From: Candidatus Copromonas faecavium (nom. illeg.)
GTDB lineage: Bacteria > Bacillota > Clostridia > Lachnospirales > Lachnospiraceae
Direction of reading: 5' to 3'
DNA: 64,000 bases
NCBI GenBank assembly: GCA_018712915.1
Contig: DVGC01000027.1
Span: forward strand, 33,928 to 97,927
In this document: positions 1 through 9,388 of the stretch, piece after piece
Position numbering within the stretch: the first letter of the stretch is position 1
Layout of the letters: the number at the start of each line of letters is the position of its first letter
Position numbers and translations under genes: made by a program
The notes under the pieces: model-generated
The model's database searches: none
What the model saw: only the letters and a program-made list of their open reading frames with translations
Told to the model about the DNA's origin: nothing

Positions 1-375
1 AAGGCAAACAGGGAAGCCTTTGGCCTGTCCAACATGGAAATTCTTGAGGGAGAGGCTCCGGAATGCTTAAGGGATCTGCCGGCTCCTACCCATGTGTTTC
101 TTGGCGGCAGCGGCGGAGGCATGGAGGGAATTTTAAAAGCAGCTCTTGAGAAAAACGCGGGAGTCCGGTTTGTGGCTACGGTAATTTCCCTGGAATCCAT
201 GGTTCGCTTGACGGAATGTATCCGTGAACTTCCGGTGGGAGAACCGGATCTGGTTCAGCTGACGGCAGCCAGGGCAAGAAAGGCCGGAAGGAGTCACCTG
301 ATGACCGGACAGAATCCGGTCTGGATTTTTTCCTTTGAGGGGACAGGAAACGGAAAGGAAACAGACAATGAATGA
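1..375 (+). CDS. cbiT: C-terminal part of cobalt-precorrin-6B C15-methyltransferase (decarboxylating), CbiT-like. The 5' end lies outside the window.
   Basis: The frame is open from base 1. The sequence VFLGGSGGGMEGIL...VATVISLES...LMTGQNPVWIF resembles a CbiT methyltransferase C-terminus, and its stop overlaps the cbiA start. Confidence 0.65.
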   Translation, partial: KANREAFGLSNMEILEGEAPECLRDLPAPTHVFLGGSGGGMEGILKAALEKNAGVRFVATVISLESMVRLTECIRELPVGEPDLVQLTAARARKAGRSHLMTGQNPVWIFSFEGTGNGKETDNE

Positions 376-1894
376 GACAAGGAAAACTTTTCTTCCCAGA
401 ATCCTGATTGGAGCGGAAAAAAGCGGAGGAGGGAAAACGACTCTGGTCTGTGCCCTCCTTTCGCTGCTGGCGAAGGATGGCGGGCAGGTTTTCGGATTTA
501 AGTGCGGGCCGGACTACATCGATCCCATGTTCCACCGCCAGGTTCTTGGGATCCCCTCTTATAACCTGGACAGCTTTTTCTCGGATCAGGCCACCCTTTC
601 CTATCTTCTTGGCCGTCATGGATGTTCGGAAAGGGAGAAAACGGGTTCCATTGCCATTCTGGAAGGGGTGATGGGGTATTATGACGGCCTGGGAGGCAGC
701 GCGGCGGCAGCCAGCGCCTGGGAAATTGGACGTCTGACAAAAACTCCGGCAGTGCTTTTAGTGGATGGTTCCGGCCGCGGAATTTCATCTCTGGCCTCTT
801 TAAAAGGATTTCTCGAGTTCAAGGAGGACAGCGGTATTGCCGGTGTGATTTTTAACCGGGTTTCTGCCGGGCTTTACCCCTCTCTTAAAAAGGAAGCGGA
901 GCGGCTGGGAGTTTCGTCCTACGGATATATCCCAAAGCTTGAAGGGCTGGAACTAAAAAGCAGGCATCTGGGACTTGTTCTTCCGGAGGAAGTACCAGAG
1001 CTCCGGGAAACCTTAACCCGCCTTGCGGAGGCCGTCCGCCCCGGGATTGATCTGGATGGGCTGGTGGAATTGGCCAATCAGGCGCCGCCCCTTTCCTGGC
1101 AGGAGCCTTTTTCTTCTTATGATGAACCGTCGATAACAGCAGCAGATGGGGCCGGCGGAGCTGGTCAATCAGACGCCGCCCTTTTTCCGGCAGAAGAAGC
1201 TCAAACTTCTGAATCTGCCAGCCATGCAGGAATCTCCGGCCCCGCGGTGGCGGTGGCGCGGGATGAGGCATTCTGTTTTTACTATGCAGATAACCTGGAG
1301 CTTTTAGAGGCCATGGGTGCCAGACTGCTGTTTTTCTCGCCTCTGCGCGATCGGGAAGTTCCCAAAGAGGCGGATGCCATCTATCTTGGAGGAGGCTATC
1401 CGGAGCTTCACGGAAAAGAGCTTTCTCAAAATCAGTCCATGCGGGATGATATCCAAAAAAAGGTTCTTGCCGGAATGCCCTGCATTGCCGAGTGCGGAGG
1501 CTATCTTTACCTGGCAGAAAAGCTGGAGGATAAGGAAGGACGGTTATGGCCCATGGCGGGAGTTCTGGAAGGCACAGGCCGGTCTGCGGGAAGACTGAGA
1601 CGATTCGGATATTTGACGCTGACGGCAAAAAAGGACGGCCTTTTAGGGTCTGCCGGCACGAAGCTCCCGGCCCATGAATTCCATTACTGGGATACAGAAT
1701 GTCTGGGAACGGATTTCCGCGGAGAAAAGCCCTATGGAGGCCGAAGCTGGGACTGCGGTTATCTGACCGACAGTCTGTATGCCGGGTTCCCGCATCTTTA
1801 TTTTTACGGAAACCTGGAGGTACCGCGGCGCTTCCTTCGTATGGCGATGCAGTGGAAGCTGGCGGATCAAAAGAACGGCAGGATCGGGCAGTGA
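368..1894 (+). CDS. cbiA: Cobyrinate a,c-diamide synthase (CbiA/CobB)
   Basis: The N-terminal P-loop is GAEKSGGGKTT and the C-terminal glutamine amidotransferase region contains AECGGYLYL. The ATG at 368 overlaps the cbiT stop. The ORF track's alternative start at 335 is a TTG. Confidence 0.9.
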   Translation: MNETRKTFLPRILIGAEKSGGGKTTLVCALLSLLAKDGGQVFGFKCGPDYIDPMFHRQVLGIPSYNLDSFFSDQATLSYLLGRHGCSEREKTGSIAILEGVMGYYDGLGGSAAAASAWEIGRLTKTPAVLLVDGSGRGISSLASLKGFLEFKEDSGIAGVIFNRVSAGLYPSLKKEAERLGVSSYGYIPKLEGLELKSRHLGLVLPEEVPELRETLTRLAEAVRPGIDLDGLVELANQAPPLSWQEPFSSYDEPSITAADGAGGAGQSDAALFPAEEAQTSESASHAGISGPAVAVARDEAFCFYYADNLELLEAMGARLLFFSPLRDREVPKEADAIYLGGGYPELHGKELSQNQSMRDDIQKKVLAGMPCIAECGGYLYLAEKLEDKEGRLWPMAGVLEGTGRSAGRLRRFGYLTLTAKKDGLLGSAGTKLPAHEFHYWDTECLGTDFRGEKPYGGRSWDCGYLTDSLYAGFPHLYFYGNLEVPRRFLRMAMQWKLADQKNGRIGQ

Positions 1895-2340
1895 CATGAT
1901 AAAACCGGATGAGGCAAAAGAGACGGACCTGTTGCAGAGATGGTGAAAAAGCGGAGTAAGGCAGAAAAATGGCGCTGTCAGAAAAAAGGGAAAAAGGCGG
2001 AGACAGCTGGAACAGCGAAAACGAATAAACCAGAACCGGCGAATGCAGAGATGCGGCGAAAATGAGCGAAGCAGCGGATGCGTGTAAGCGGCAGCGGGGA
2101 AATACAGCAAAGAAGCGGCCATAGCGGGGAAACGCAGCACATCGCGGATGGCAGAGCATTGATAGAAGCAAAAAAGGGGAACGAATAAAAACGGAAGCGG
2201 GAGAGTGTATGGAGCGACAGCAGTCTGAGAAAAAATGGGAAACAGGCAGGGAAAACAGAAAAGAGAATACGGAAGAAGGCACGAAAAAGACTCTGGAGAA
2301 AGTTTCCGGAGCCGATTCAAAGAAAAAAAAAGTTTCATTG
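1895..2340 (+). other. T-depleted polypurine tract spanning the cbiA-cobT spacer and the first ~43 codons of the cobT ORF
   Basis: A hand count of 1921-2280 gives 32 T and 57 C in 360 nt, so about 75% purine. AGCGG and CGGA motifs recur. All three + frames have stops between 1900 and 2208. Confidence 0.8.
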
Positions 2341-3492
2341 GAGGATTATCTGGCGCAGATTCGGCCGGCGGACCCGGCGGCCATGGCTCAGGCCAAGCGC
2401 CGGTTCGATTCCATTGCCAAGCCCATCGGAAGCCTTGGCGTTTTGGAACGGGATCTGATCCGGATGCGGGGGATCCGTGGAATGGAAGAAAAGAACCTGC
2501 CGGGGAAGGCAGCCCTTGCCATCATGTGCGCCGATCATGGGGTTGTGGCAGAAGGAGTGACCCAGACCGGGCAGGAGGTCACAAGGATTGTGGCAGAAAA
2601 CTTTGCAAGCGGTCAGGCCTGTGCCTCTATCATGTGCCGGGAGGCGGGAATTGATGTTTTTCCCGTGGACATCGGAATGAACTGCGGCCGGATTGGCAAT
2701 CCGGAGCCAAGGCCCTTCTCTTTGCTGGATCGGAAGGTGGCTTCCGGCAGCAAAAATCTTTTCCGGGAATCGGCCATGACCATGGAAGAATGTAAAGAGG
2801 CGGTTCTTTGCGGACTCCGGCTGGCGGGAGAGCTGAAAGAAATGGGCTATGGGATTCTCCTGGCCGGAGAGATGGGAATCGGCAATACCACGCCTACCAG
2901 CGCCATGATTCATGTCCTGACAGGTCTTTCCATTACCAGCTGCGTGGGACGGGGGGCAGGCCTTTCCGATGAAGGTCTGGAACGGAAACGAAAGGTGGTT
3001 TCCGGGGCAGCAGAAAGATTTTTCCTGGCCCATCCGTCACTTACCCCCGACTTCTGGAAACGCCTTTCAAAACCGGAAACTGGACCGGAGCCGGAAGCAG
3101 TTCTTACGCTTCTTTCAGAGCTTGGAGGATTTGACCTGGCCGGAATGGCGGGACTCTTTTTGGGCGGAGCTGTTTATCGTCTTCCGGTGGTGATTGACGG
3201 CTGCATTTCCGCGGCTGCAGCTCTTTTGGCGGTGCGAATGGCTCCTGCTGCGAAACAGTTCCTTTTTGTTTCCCACGTTTCTGCGGAACCGGCGGGACAG
3301 GCGGCGCTTTCTGCGTTGGAGCTTTCTGCTCCCCTGGATCTTCAGATGCATCTGGGAGAAGGGACGGGAGCGGCACTTTTTATTCCGCTTCTTCGTATGG
3401 GAGCAGCTGTCTATGATCAGATGGAAACCTTTGAGGAAATCCAGGTAACGCCCTATGTGGATTATGAGGCAGATAAGGAGAATCGCTCATGA
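2209..3492 (+). CDS. cobT: Nicotinate-nucleotide--dimethylbenzimidazole phosphoribosyltransferase (CobT) with a Lys/Glu-rich N-terminal extension
   Basis: SIAKPIGSLGVLE, LAGEMGIGNTT and LGEGTGA are typical CobT motifs. Homologs normally start near LEDYLAQIRP (about nt 2338), so the start is uncertain. Confidence 0.85.
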   Translation: MERQQSEKKWETGRENRKENTEEGTKKTLEKVSGADSKKKKVSLEDYLAQIRPADPAAMAQAKRRFDSIAKPIGSLGVLERDLIRMRGIRGMEEKNLPGKAALAIMCADHGVVAEGVTQTGQEVTRIVAENFASGQACASIMCREAGIDVFPVDIGMNCGRIGNPEPRPFSLLDRKVASGSKNLFRESAMTMEECKEAVLCGLRLAGELKEMGYGILLAGEMGIGNTTPTSAMIHVLTGLSITSCVGRGAGLSDEGLERKRKVVSGAAERFFLAHPSLTPDFWKRLSKPETGPEPEAVLTLLSELGGFDLAGMAGLFLGGAVYRLPVVIDGCISAAAALLAVRMAPAAKQFLFVSHVSAEPAGQAALSALELSAPLDLQMHLGEGTGAALFIPLLRMGAAVYDQMETFEEIQVTPYVDYEADKENRS

Positions 3493-4232
3493 AGGCATTC
3501 TGGATTGCGTTTTCCATGTACTCACGGATTCCCATGCCGTCTTTTGTCTGGGAGGAGGAAGATCGGAAAAAAGCCATGTGCTTTTTCCCGGCCGTGGGGA
3601 TTGTCATTGGAATCCTGTTTTATCCTGCGTACCTCCTGCTTGAATGGACCGATCTCGGCAGGGAGGTGGCGGCGGCCCTTCTTACGGCCCTTCCGATTGT
3701 CATAAGCGGAGGCATCCATATGGACGGGTATATGGATACCTGCGACGCGCTGGCCTCCTATGGAGACAGGGAGAAAAAACTGGAAATTTTAAAGGATACC
3801 CATACGGGAGCGTTTGCTGTCCTGGGCTGTGTTCTTTATTTTCTCCTCTATTACAGCGCCTGCATGGGGCTGTCGGAGAAGGGAGCCCTGATAACAGCCC
3901 TTGGCTTTCCTGTGTCCAGAGCGTTGTCGGGACTTCTTGTTTCTCTCCTGCCGAAAGCCAGGAAAAAGGGGATGCTTTCTGATTTTGTGGAAGGAGCGGA
4001 TTTTAAAAGAATTGTCTGCTCCATGCTCCTTTGCCTCATTGCCTTCGGAGGGCTGATGACAGTCTTTGCAGGATGGCAGGCTGTTTTTCTTCTTCTGATT
4101 CTTGGAGCTTTTTTCTTTTTTTCCATGAGGAAATTCAAACGGGAGTTTGGCGGAATTACGGGAGATTTATCAGGATATTTTCTGTGTGTCTGCGAACTTT
4201 TTACGGTGATTTTCGCTGCATTTCTGGATTAG
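3489..4232 (+). CDS. cobS: Adenosylcobinamide-GDP ribazoletransferase (cobalamin synthase CobS)
   Basis: The protein is polytopic and carries the FSMYSRIPMP and HMDGYMDTCDAL motifs. An ATGA overlap couples it to cobT. Confidence 0.9.
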   Translation: MKAFWIAFSMYSRIPMPSFVWEEEDRKKAMCFFPAVGIVIGILFYPAYLLLEWTDLGREVAAALLTALPIVISGGIHMDGYMDTCDALASYGDREKKLEILKDTHTGAFAVLGCVLYFLLYYSACMGLSEKGALITALGFPVSRALSGLLVSLLPKARKKGMLSDFVEGADFKRIVCSMLLCLIAFGGLMTVFAGWQAVFLLLILGAFFFFSMRKFKREFGGITGDLSGYFLCVCELFTVIFAAFLD

Positions 4233-4375
4233 AAGCCGGGACGGCTCTTATGTTAAAAATACGGACGTCTGAACATATCCGACAGGAACAGGGGAGCTTT
4301 ACCTATGAATGTTTGACTTTTGCGCTGCGGCCGCACAAAAAAGAAACCGTATGAATAGATTTAGGAGCGTTTTAT

Positions 4376-5044
4376 ATGAATGTCTTGCTTTTGCGTCACG
4401 GGAAGACGGCCGGCAACCTGGAGGGACGATATGTGGGAAGAACCGACGAGCCGCTGGCACAGGAAACGAAAGAACAGCTGAAAGGCCTTACTTCTGAAAA
4501 ACTGGAGCCGCTTTATGAGAAACTGGGGCCGGTGGCTGCCATTTATACCAGCCCTATGAAACGCTGTATGGAAACGGCAGAGGCCTTGTTCCCCAAAAGC
4601 CGGTTTTTGCAGGCTCCCCGTGAGACCGTTTTTGGGCTTGAGGAATGTGATTTCGGCCGGTTTGAGTATAAAACCTGGAGAGAGCTTTCCGGGGATCCGG
4701 AATATGAGAAATTTCTGAATACTCAGGGAATGAGCGGTTTTCCGGGCGGAGAGACAACGGAAGCGTTCAAGGAACGGGTGTGCAGCGTTTTTTCTTCTGT
4801 TCTGATGGGATGGGAGGACGGTACAGCCAGCATCCCTCTGAAAGCGAGGGAAGGCAGGCGGGATGGCACCCTGGTATTTGTGGTCCACGGCGGGACCATC
4901 ATGGCGGCGCTGGAACGGTTTTCCCGCCCGCACCGGGACTATTACAGCTGGCAGACAGGGAATCTCTGCGGATTCCTTGGAGAAGCCGGATTTGAAAATG
5001 GGAGACTTTTCATGCAAAACGTTGCAGAAATCAAAATAGTATAG
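4376..5044 (+). CDS. cobC: Histidine phosphatase family protein, alpha-ribazole phosphatase (CobC)-like
   Basis: It has the RHG catalytic motif (LLLRHGKTAGN) and a later VVHGGTI motif. The call is supported by its position in the cob operon. Confidence 0.75.
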   Translation: MNVLLLRHGKTAGNLEGRYVGRTDEPLAQETKEQLKGLTSEKLEPLYEKLGPVAAIYTSPMKRCMETAEALFPKSRFLQAPRETVFGLEECDFGRFEYKTWRELSGDPEYEKFLNTQGMSGFPGGETTEAFKERVCSVFSSVLMGWEDGTASIPLKAREGRRDGTLVFVVHGGTIMAALERFSRPHRDYYSWQTGNLCGFLGEAGFENGRLFMQNVAEIKIV

Positions 5045-5109
5045 TATACTTGAACTGCCGGACAAAAAAATCAGGAATGCCGGATATTTAAAAATTGGAG
5101 GATGAGAAC

Positions 5110-5400
5110 ATGATCATTCTGCTGCTTGTGATCGGAGCGGTTTTTATTATTTATGGAGCCCTTGTGGCCAGCGGAAAACATACGCCAATCAGTTCCAAGA
5201 TGATGGTGGAAGAGGAGAATTTAAAACGCTGGTGCCGTTCGGCCGGAATCTCCAAAATGGTTTGGGGTGTGGCCATCATTTTCCTGACTTTCTACCTGCT
5301 GAATCTGTTTCCAAAGACTCTCTGGGGAATCTGTTTTCTCATCATCGCTGTCTGGAATATTCAATATACCGTGAAAAATAACGAGAAGTTTATGAAATAA
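5110..5400 (+). CDS. Small hypothetical membrane protein (about 96 aa, predicted 3 TM)
   Basis: A GGAGGATGAG RBS precedes the ATG at 5110. Hydrophobic segments include IILLLVIGAVFIIYGALV. I did not recognise a family. Confidence 0.5.
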   Translation: MIILLLVIGAVFIIYGALVASGKHTPISSKMMVEEENLKRWCRSAGISKMVWGVAIIFLTFYLLNLFPKTLWGICFLIIAVWNIQYTVKNNEKFMK

Positions 5401-5422
5401 ACGACGGAAGGCAGAAAAATCA

Positions 5423-6391
5423 ATGGACAGAATGGAACTGCTTGCTGCCCTCATACTCGGATTTCTTCTGGATCAGCTGCTGGGAGATCCGCAGATCTCC
5501 TGCCACCCGGTCCGGCTGCTGGGGAATCTGATTCACTTTTTTGAGAGGCATTTTTTTCGATGGGGAAAGGGAAAAAAACATGCCCTCCTTGCCGGAGGCG
5601 CCTTTATGGCTGTGACAGTCTGTGTGGTCACGGCTTTTTTTGTGCAGGGTCTTCTTTTTCTGGCCGGACAGATTTCCCCGGTCATTCATTTTGCAGCGGA
5701 AAGCCTTTTGTGCTATTTCCTTTATGCGGCGAAGGATTTGAGGGTGGAGAGCATGAACGTGTACCAGGCGCTAAAAGAGAATGGCCTGGAGGAGGGGCGG
5801 AAAGCTGTTTCCATGATTGTTGGCCGGGATGTGAGCCGTCTTGATGAGGCGGGAGTCATCAAAGCAGCTGTGGAAACGGTGGCGGAAAATACATCCGACG
5901 GCGTTATTGCCCCGCTTTTTTATATGGCCATTGGAGGCCCGGTGTTGGGGTGGGTCTATAAAGCCATTAATACCATGGATTCCATGGTGGGATATAAAAA
6001 TGAAACCTATCTTTATTTTGGCCGGGCAGCAGCCAGGCTGGATGATGCGGCAAATTTCCTTCCTTCCAGGCTCTCGGCCCTTCTCATGGTGACCGGTGCG
6101 TTCCTTTGCGGACTGGACGGCCCAGGGGCCTGGAAGATCTTTTTAAGGGACAGGAAAAATCATGCCAGCCCCAATTCGGCCCAGACGGAAGCGGCCTGTG
6201 CAGGGGCGCTGGGGGTGCAGTTGGCAGGAGACGCCTGGTATTTCGGCGTCCTTCATAAGAAGAAAACCATTGGAGACAATCGGCGGTCGGTGGAGGCAGA
6301 AGATATTAAACGGGCCCACCGGCTGATGATGGCAGCGGTCCTGCTGTCACTTTTCCTGGCGGCCGGTTTCCAGCTTTTCCTGGCGGGATAG
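5423..6391 (+). CDS. cbiB: Adenosylcobinamide-phosphate synthase (CbiB/CobD)
   Basis: The membrane protein sequence LLGDPQISCHPVRLLG and the NHASPNSAQTEAA motif are typical of CbiB. Confidence 0.9.
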   Translation: MDRMELLAALILGFLLDQLLGDPQISCHPVRLLGNLIHFFERHFFRWGKGKKHALLAGGAFMAVTVCVVTAFFVQGLLFLAGQISPVIHFAAESLLCYFLYAAKDLRVESMNVYQALKENGLEEGRKAVSMIVGRDVSRLDEAGVIKAAVETVAENTSDGVIAPLFYMAIGGPVLGWVYKAINTMDSMVGYKNETYLYFGRAAARLDDAANFLPSRLSALLMVTGAFLCGLDGPGAWKIFLRDRKNHASPNSAQTEAACAGALGVQLAGDAWYFGVLHKKKTIGDNRRSVEAEDIKRAHRLMMAAVLLSLFLAAGFQLFLAG

Positions 6392-6414
6392 TTTGAAACA
6401 GAAGGAGAAAGACG

Positions 6415-8031
6415 ATGACAAAATCGATTATGATACAGGGAACCATGTCAAACGCAGGAAAAAGCTTTCTTGCGGCCGGGCTGTGCCGGATTTTCCGGCA
6501 GGACGGCTATCGGGTGGCTCCTTTTAAATCCCAGAACATGGCTTTAAATTCGTTTATTACGGAAGACGGCCTGGAGATGGGGCGGGCTCAGGTGGTTCAG
6601 GCGGAGGCGGCCGGAATCCGCCCGGAGGCGTGCATGAATCCTGTCCTTTTGAAACCCACCTCTCAGATGGGCTCCCAGGTCATCGTAAACGGCCGGGTTC
6701 TGGGAACCTATTCCGCAGCCGATTATTACCGGATGAAAAAGGGGCTGATTCCAAAGGTCATGGAGGCTTACCATTCTCTTGAGGAACGGTTTGATGTTAT
6801 TGTCATAGAAGGAGCAGGAAGCCCGGCAGAAATCAATCTGCGTGAACATGACTTTGTCAACATGGGACTGGCAGAGCTTACGGATTCGCCGGTACTTTTG
6901 GCGGGAGACATTGACCGGGGCGGAGTGTTTGCACAGCTTTACGGGACGGCCGCCCTTTTGGAGGAGCAGGAGAGAAAACGGATCCGAGCCTTTTTAATCA
7001 ATAAATTCCGTGGGGATCCGGAGATTTTAACTCCGGGGCTTTCCATGCTCTATAAACGGATTCCCATTCCGGTTGCAGGAGTCATTCCGTATCTGGATGT
7101 GGATCTGGAGGATGAAGACAGCCTGTCAGAGCGTCTTTCCGGCTCCCACCGGGAGACCGGGCTGGATGTTTACGGCAGACGGGCCTTCGGCCGGGTGGCT
7201 GTTATTCGCCTTCCCAGAATTTCAAACTTTACAGATTTCCATGCCCTGGAGCGGCTCCCGGGAATCGCCTTGTTTTATGCTTCCAGACCGGAAGAAGTGG
7301 CAAATGCGGATTTTATTGTGATTCCCGGAACGAAAAACACCATGGGAGATCTGAAATGGATGCGGGAGAGCGGGATGGAGGCCGCCGTTCTCCGAAAAGC
7401 GGGAAGCGTTCCCATCATGGGAATCTGCGGAGGATTTCAGATATTGGGAGAGGAGCTTTCGGATCCCTTTGGAGTAGAGGAAGGCGGCAGCATGCGGGGC
7501 ATGGGCCTTCTTCCGGTAAAAACTTATTTTTCAAAAGAAAAAACCACCAGTCAGGTAATGGGGCAGACGGCTTTTTTACGGACTGCAACGGCGCCGGGTC
7601 AGAGCATGTCCAGTCAGGACGGGTATGGTTTCGGGGGCTCCGGCTGCGGGGCGTCCGGCTATGAAATGTCCGGCTATGAAATTCATATGGGGGAAACCAC
7701 CCGGTCAGGCGGAGCTCCTTTCTCCTATATCAGAGAATGCTCAGGAAATGGGAAATCGGAATCCTGCCATGAGGACGGCTGCGTTCAGGGACAGGTTTTT
7801 GGAACCTATGTACATGGCTGCTTCGATTCAGAGGCGATGCAGACGGCCCTGTGGCAGTATCTGGCAGAACAGAAAGGAATTTCGGAAACCATGGAATTCT
7901 ATACGGCCGGAAAGAAGCCATCCTTTTCTCTGAAAGAGTATAAGGAAGAACAGTACGAAAAGCTGGCCAGGTGTTTAAGAGAGCATCTGGATATGGATCT
8001 GATATACCGGATCCTGGATAAAAAAGCATAA
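6415..8031 (+). CDS. cobQ: Cobyric acid synthase (CobQ/CbiP)
   Basis: The N-terminus is IMIQGTMSNAGKS and the GATase domain contains GICGGFQILG. A strong RBS (GAAGGAGA) precedes the start. Confidence 0.92.
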   Translation: MTKSIMIQGTMSNAGKSFLAAGLCRIFRQDGYRVAPFKSQNMALNSFITEDGLEMGRAQVVQAEAAGIRPEACMNPVLLKPTSQMGSQVIVNGRVLGTYSAADYYRMKKGLIPKVMEAYHSLEERFDVIVIEGAGSPAEINLREHDFVNMGLAELTDSPVLLAGDIDRGGVFAQLYGTAALLEEQERKRIRAFLINKFRGDPEILTPGLSMLYKRIPIPVAGVIPYLDVDLEDEDSLSERLSGSHRETGLDVYGRRAFGRVAVIRLPRISNFTDFHALERLPGIALFYASRPEEVANADFIVIPGTKNTMGDLKWMRESGMEAAVLRKAGSVPIMGICGGFQILGEELSDPFGVEEGGSMRGMGLLPVKTYFSKEKTTSQVMGQTAFLRTATAPGQSMSSQDGYGFGGSGCGASGYEMSGYEIHMGETTRSGGAPFSYIRECSGNGKSESCHEDGCVQGQVFGTYVHGCFDSEAMQTALWQYLAEQKGISETMEFYTAGKKPSFSLKEYKEEQYEKLARCLREHLDMDLIYRILDKKA

Positions 8032-8057
8032 AACCGCGTAACAAGAAGGAGGCAGTG

Positions 8058-8735
8058 ATGGGAGAGACAGACTGGACAAAAAAACTGGAAGAAGAAACGG
8101 GAATCCGGTTTCGGACGACAAGGCCGGAGGAAATCGAGAGGGAAAGCTTTCTTATGATTCAGGAGGAGCTGGGAGAGAGCTTTCTCGCGTCCTATCCGGA
8201 AACACAGCTGCCCGTGCTTCTGCGGGTCATCCATACGACGGCAGACTTTTACTATGGGGAATCCCTGGTTTTTGCCAATGGCGCCATGGAAGCGGCCTGC
8301 AGAGCCATCCGCCGGGGACTTCCCATTATTACCGATACCACCATGGCAGCTTCCGGCATTAATAAGGCGGCAGCCGGAAAGTTCGGCTGTCAGGTTCACT
8401 GCTTTATCGGCGACGAGGATGTGAAGGAAGAAGCGAAACATCGCTCCATGACCAGAGCGGCCGTCAGCGTGGAAAAGGCAGCCAGACTGTATCCGGACTG
8501 TATTTATGCCGTGGGCAACGGACCAACGGCTCTGCTGCGTCTTTACGAGCTGATCCGGGAACATAAGATCCGCCCTGCCCTGATTATTGGGACGCCGGTG
8601 GGATTTGTTAATGTGGTGGAGGCCAAGGAACTGATTTTACAGACAGAGGTTCCGGCCATCGTTGCCCGGGGAAGAAAAGGCGGCAGTAATGTGGCGGCGG
8701 CCATCTGCAATGCGCTGTTTCGTACGGCCGGTTAG
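8058..8735 (+). CDS. cbiC: Precorrin-8X / cobalt-precorrin-8 methylmutase (CbiC/CobH)
   Basis: The motifs are VIHTTADF, AVGNGPTAL and GFVNVVEAKE. A GAAGGAGG RBS lies upstream of the ATG at 8058. Confidence 0.85.
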   Translation: MGETDWTKKLEEETGIRFRTTRPEEIERESFLMIQEELGESFLASYPETQLPVLLRVIHTTADFYYGESLVFANGAMEAACRAIRRGLPIITDTTMAASGINKAAAGKFGCQVHCFIGDEDVKEEAKHRSMTRAAVSVEKAARLYPDCIYAVGNGPTALLRLYELIREHKIRPALIIGTPVGFVNVVEAKELILQTEVPAIVARGRKGGSNVAAAICNALFRTAG

Positions 8736-8736
8736 C

Positions 8737-8784
8737 GTCAGATTCTGAGACTTGGTCTTTGTCAGATTCTGAGGTTTGGTTTTT
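8737..8784 (+). repeat. Tandem 24-nt direct repeat immediately after the cbiC stop
   Basis: GTCAGATTCTGAGACTTGGTCTTT is followed directly by GTCAGATTCTGAGGTTTGGTTTTT. They match at 21 of 24 positions. Confidence 0.7.
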
Positions 8785-8836
8785 TGGACATCGGGCTGTC
8801 AAAAGACCGTGTTTTCGAATGTAAATAAATTTTTTC

Positions 8837-8863
8837 AGGCTGCAACTTTCTGCAGCCTTTTTT
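8837..8863 (+). terminator. Rho-independent terminator of the cob operon
   Basis: An 8-bp stem (AGGCTGCA/TGCAGCCT) with a 6-nt loop is followed by a T6 run. Confidence 0.7.
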
Positions 8864-8894
8864 CGTCTAATGGTCAGAAAGGAGGGAAATCTGA

Positions 8895-9386
8895 TTGAAC
8901 AGAAGAATGGAAGAAGAAACGGAGCGGTTCCTTCTGGAACATTATGAAGAATTTTACCGGCTGGCTTACGGATACGTAAAAACAGAACAGGATGCACTGG
9001 ATGTGGTCCAGGAAAGCGCCTATAAGGCAATAAGAGACTGCGGGAAGATTCAGAATCCTGAATATTTAAAAACCTGGATTTGCCGGATTGTCATCAATAC
9101 GTCCGTTGATTTGCTGAGAAAAAAGAAAAAAGAATTTCCCCATGCTCTGGATCAGGAGCCGGAGCTGGCAGATGAGAGGGATGAATTTTCATCCTGTGAG
9201 CAGATAGATGTGAAAGAGCTTTTAGACCGGCTGGAGGAAAAGGAAAAAGCCGTAATCATGCTAAGATACTTTCACGATATGAAGCTGGAGGAAATCGCTC
9301 AGGTTCTGGGAGAAAACGTCAACACGGTAAAGGCCAGGCTGTACAGAACCTTAAGAAAGCTCAGAGTGGTGCTGGAGGAGGAGTGA
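8895..9386 (+). CDS. ECF-type sigma-70 family RNA polymerase sigma factor (SigV-like)
   Basis: Region 2 contains DALDVVQESAYKA and region 4 contains LEEIAQVLGENVNTVKARLYR. The stop overlaps the downstream anti-sigma gene. Confidence 0.8.
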   Translation: MNRRMEEETERFLLEHYEEFYRLAYGYVKTEQDALDVVQESAYKAIRDCGKIQNPEYLKTWICRIVINTSVDLLRKKKKEFPHALDQEPELADERDEFSSCEQIDVKELLDRLEEKEKAVIMLRYFHDMKLEEIAQVLGENVNTVKARLYRTLRKLRVVLEEE

Positions 9387-9388
9387 AC

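Noticed and set aside
1895-2208. Cobalamin riboswitch in the long spacer inside the cob operon
   Set aside because: There is no B12-box-like GCCACTG core and no paired-stem architecture. The tract has too few pyrimidines to form the required helices.
885-2338. Very long minus-strand ORFs (885..2282, 465 aa; 1643..2338, 231 aa) antisense to cbiA and the cbiA-cobT spacer
   Set aside because: Their translations are Pro/Ser/Phe/Leu-rich low-complexity sequence, the mirror image of the polypurine tract and of cbiA codons. They have no RBS and no recognisable domains, and they overlap a confidently assigned gene.
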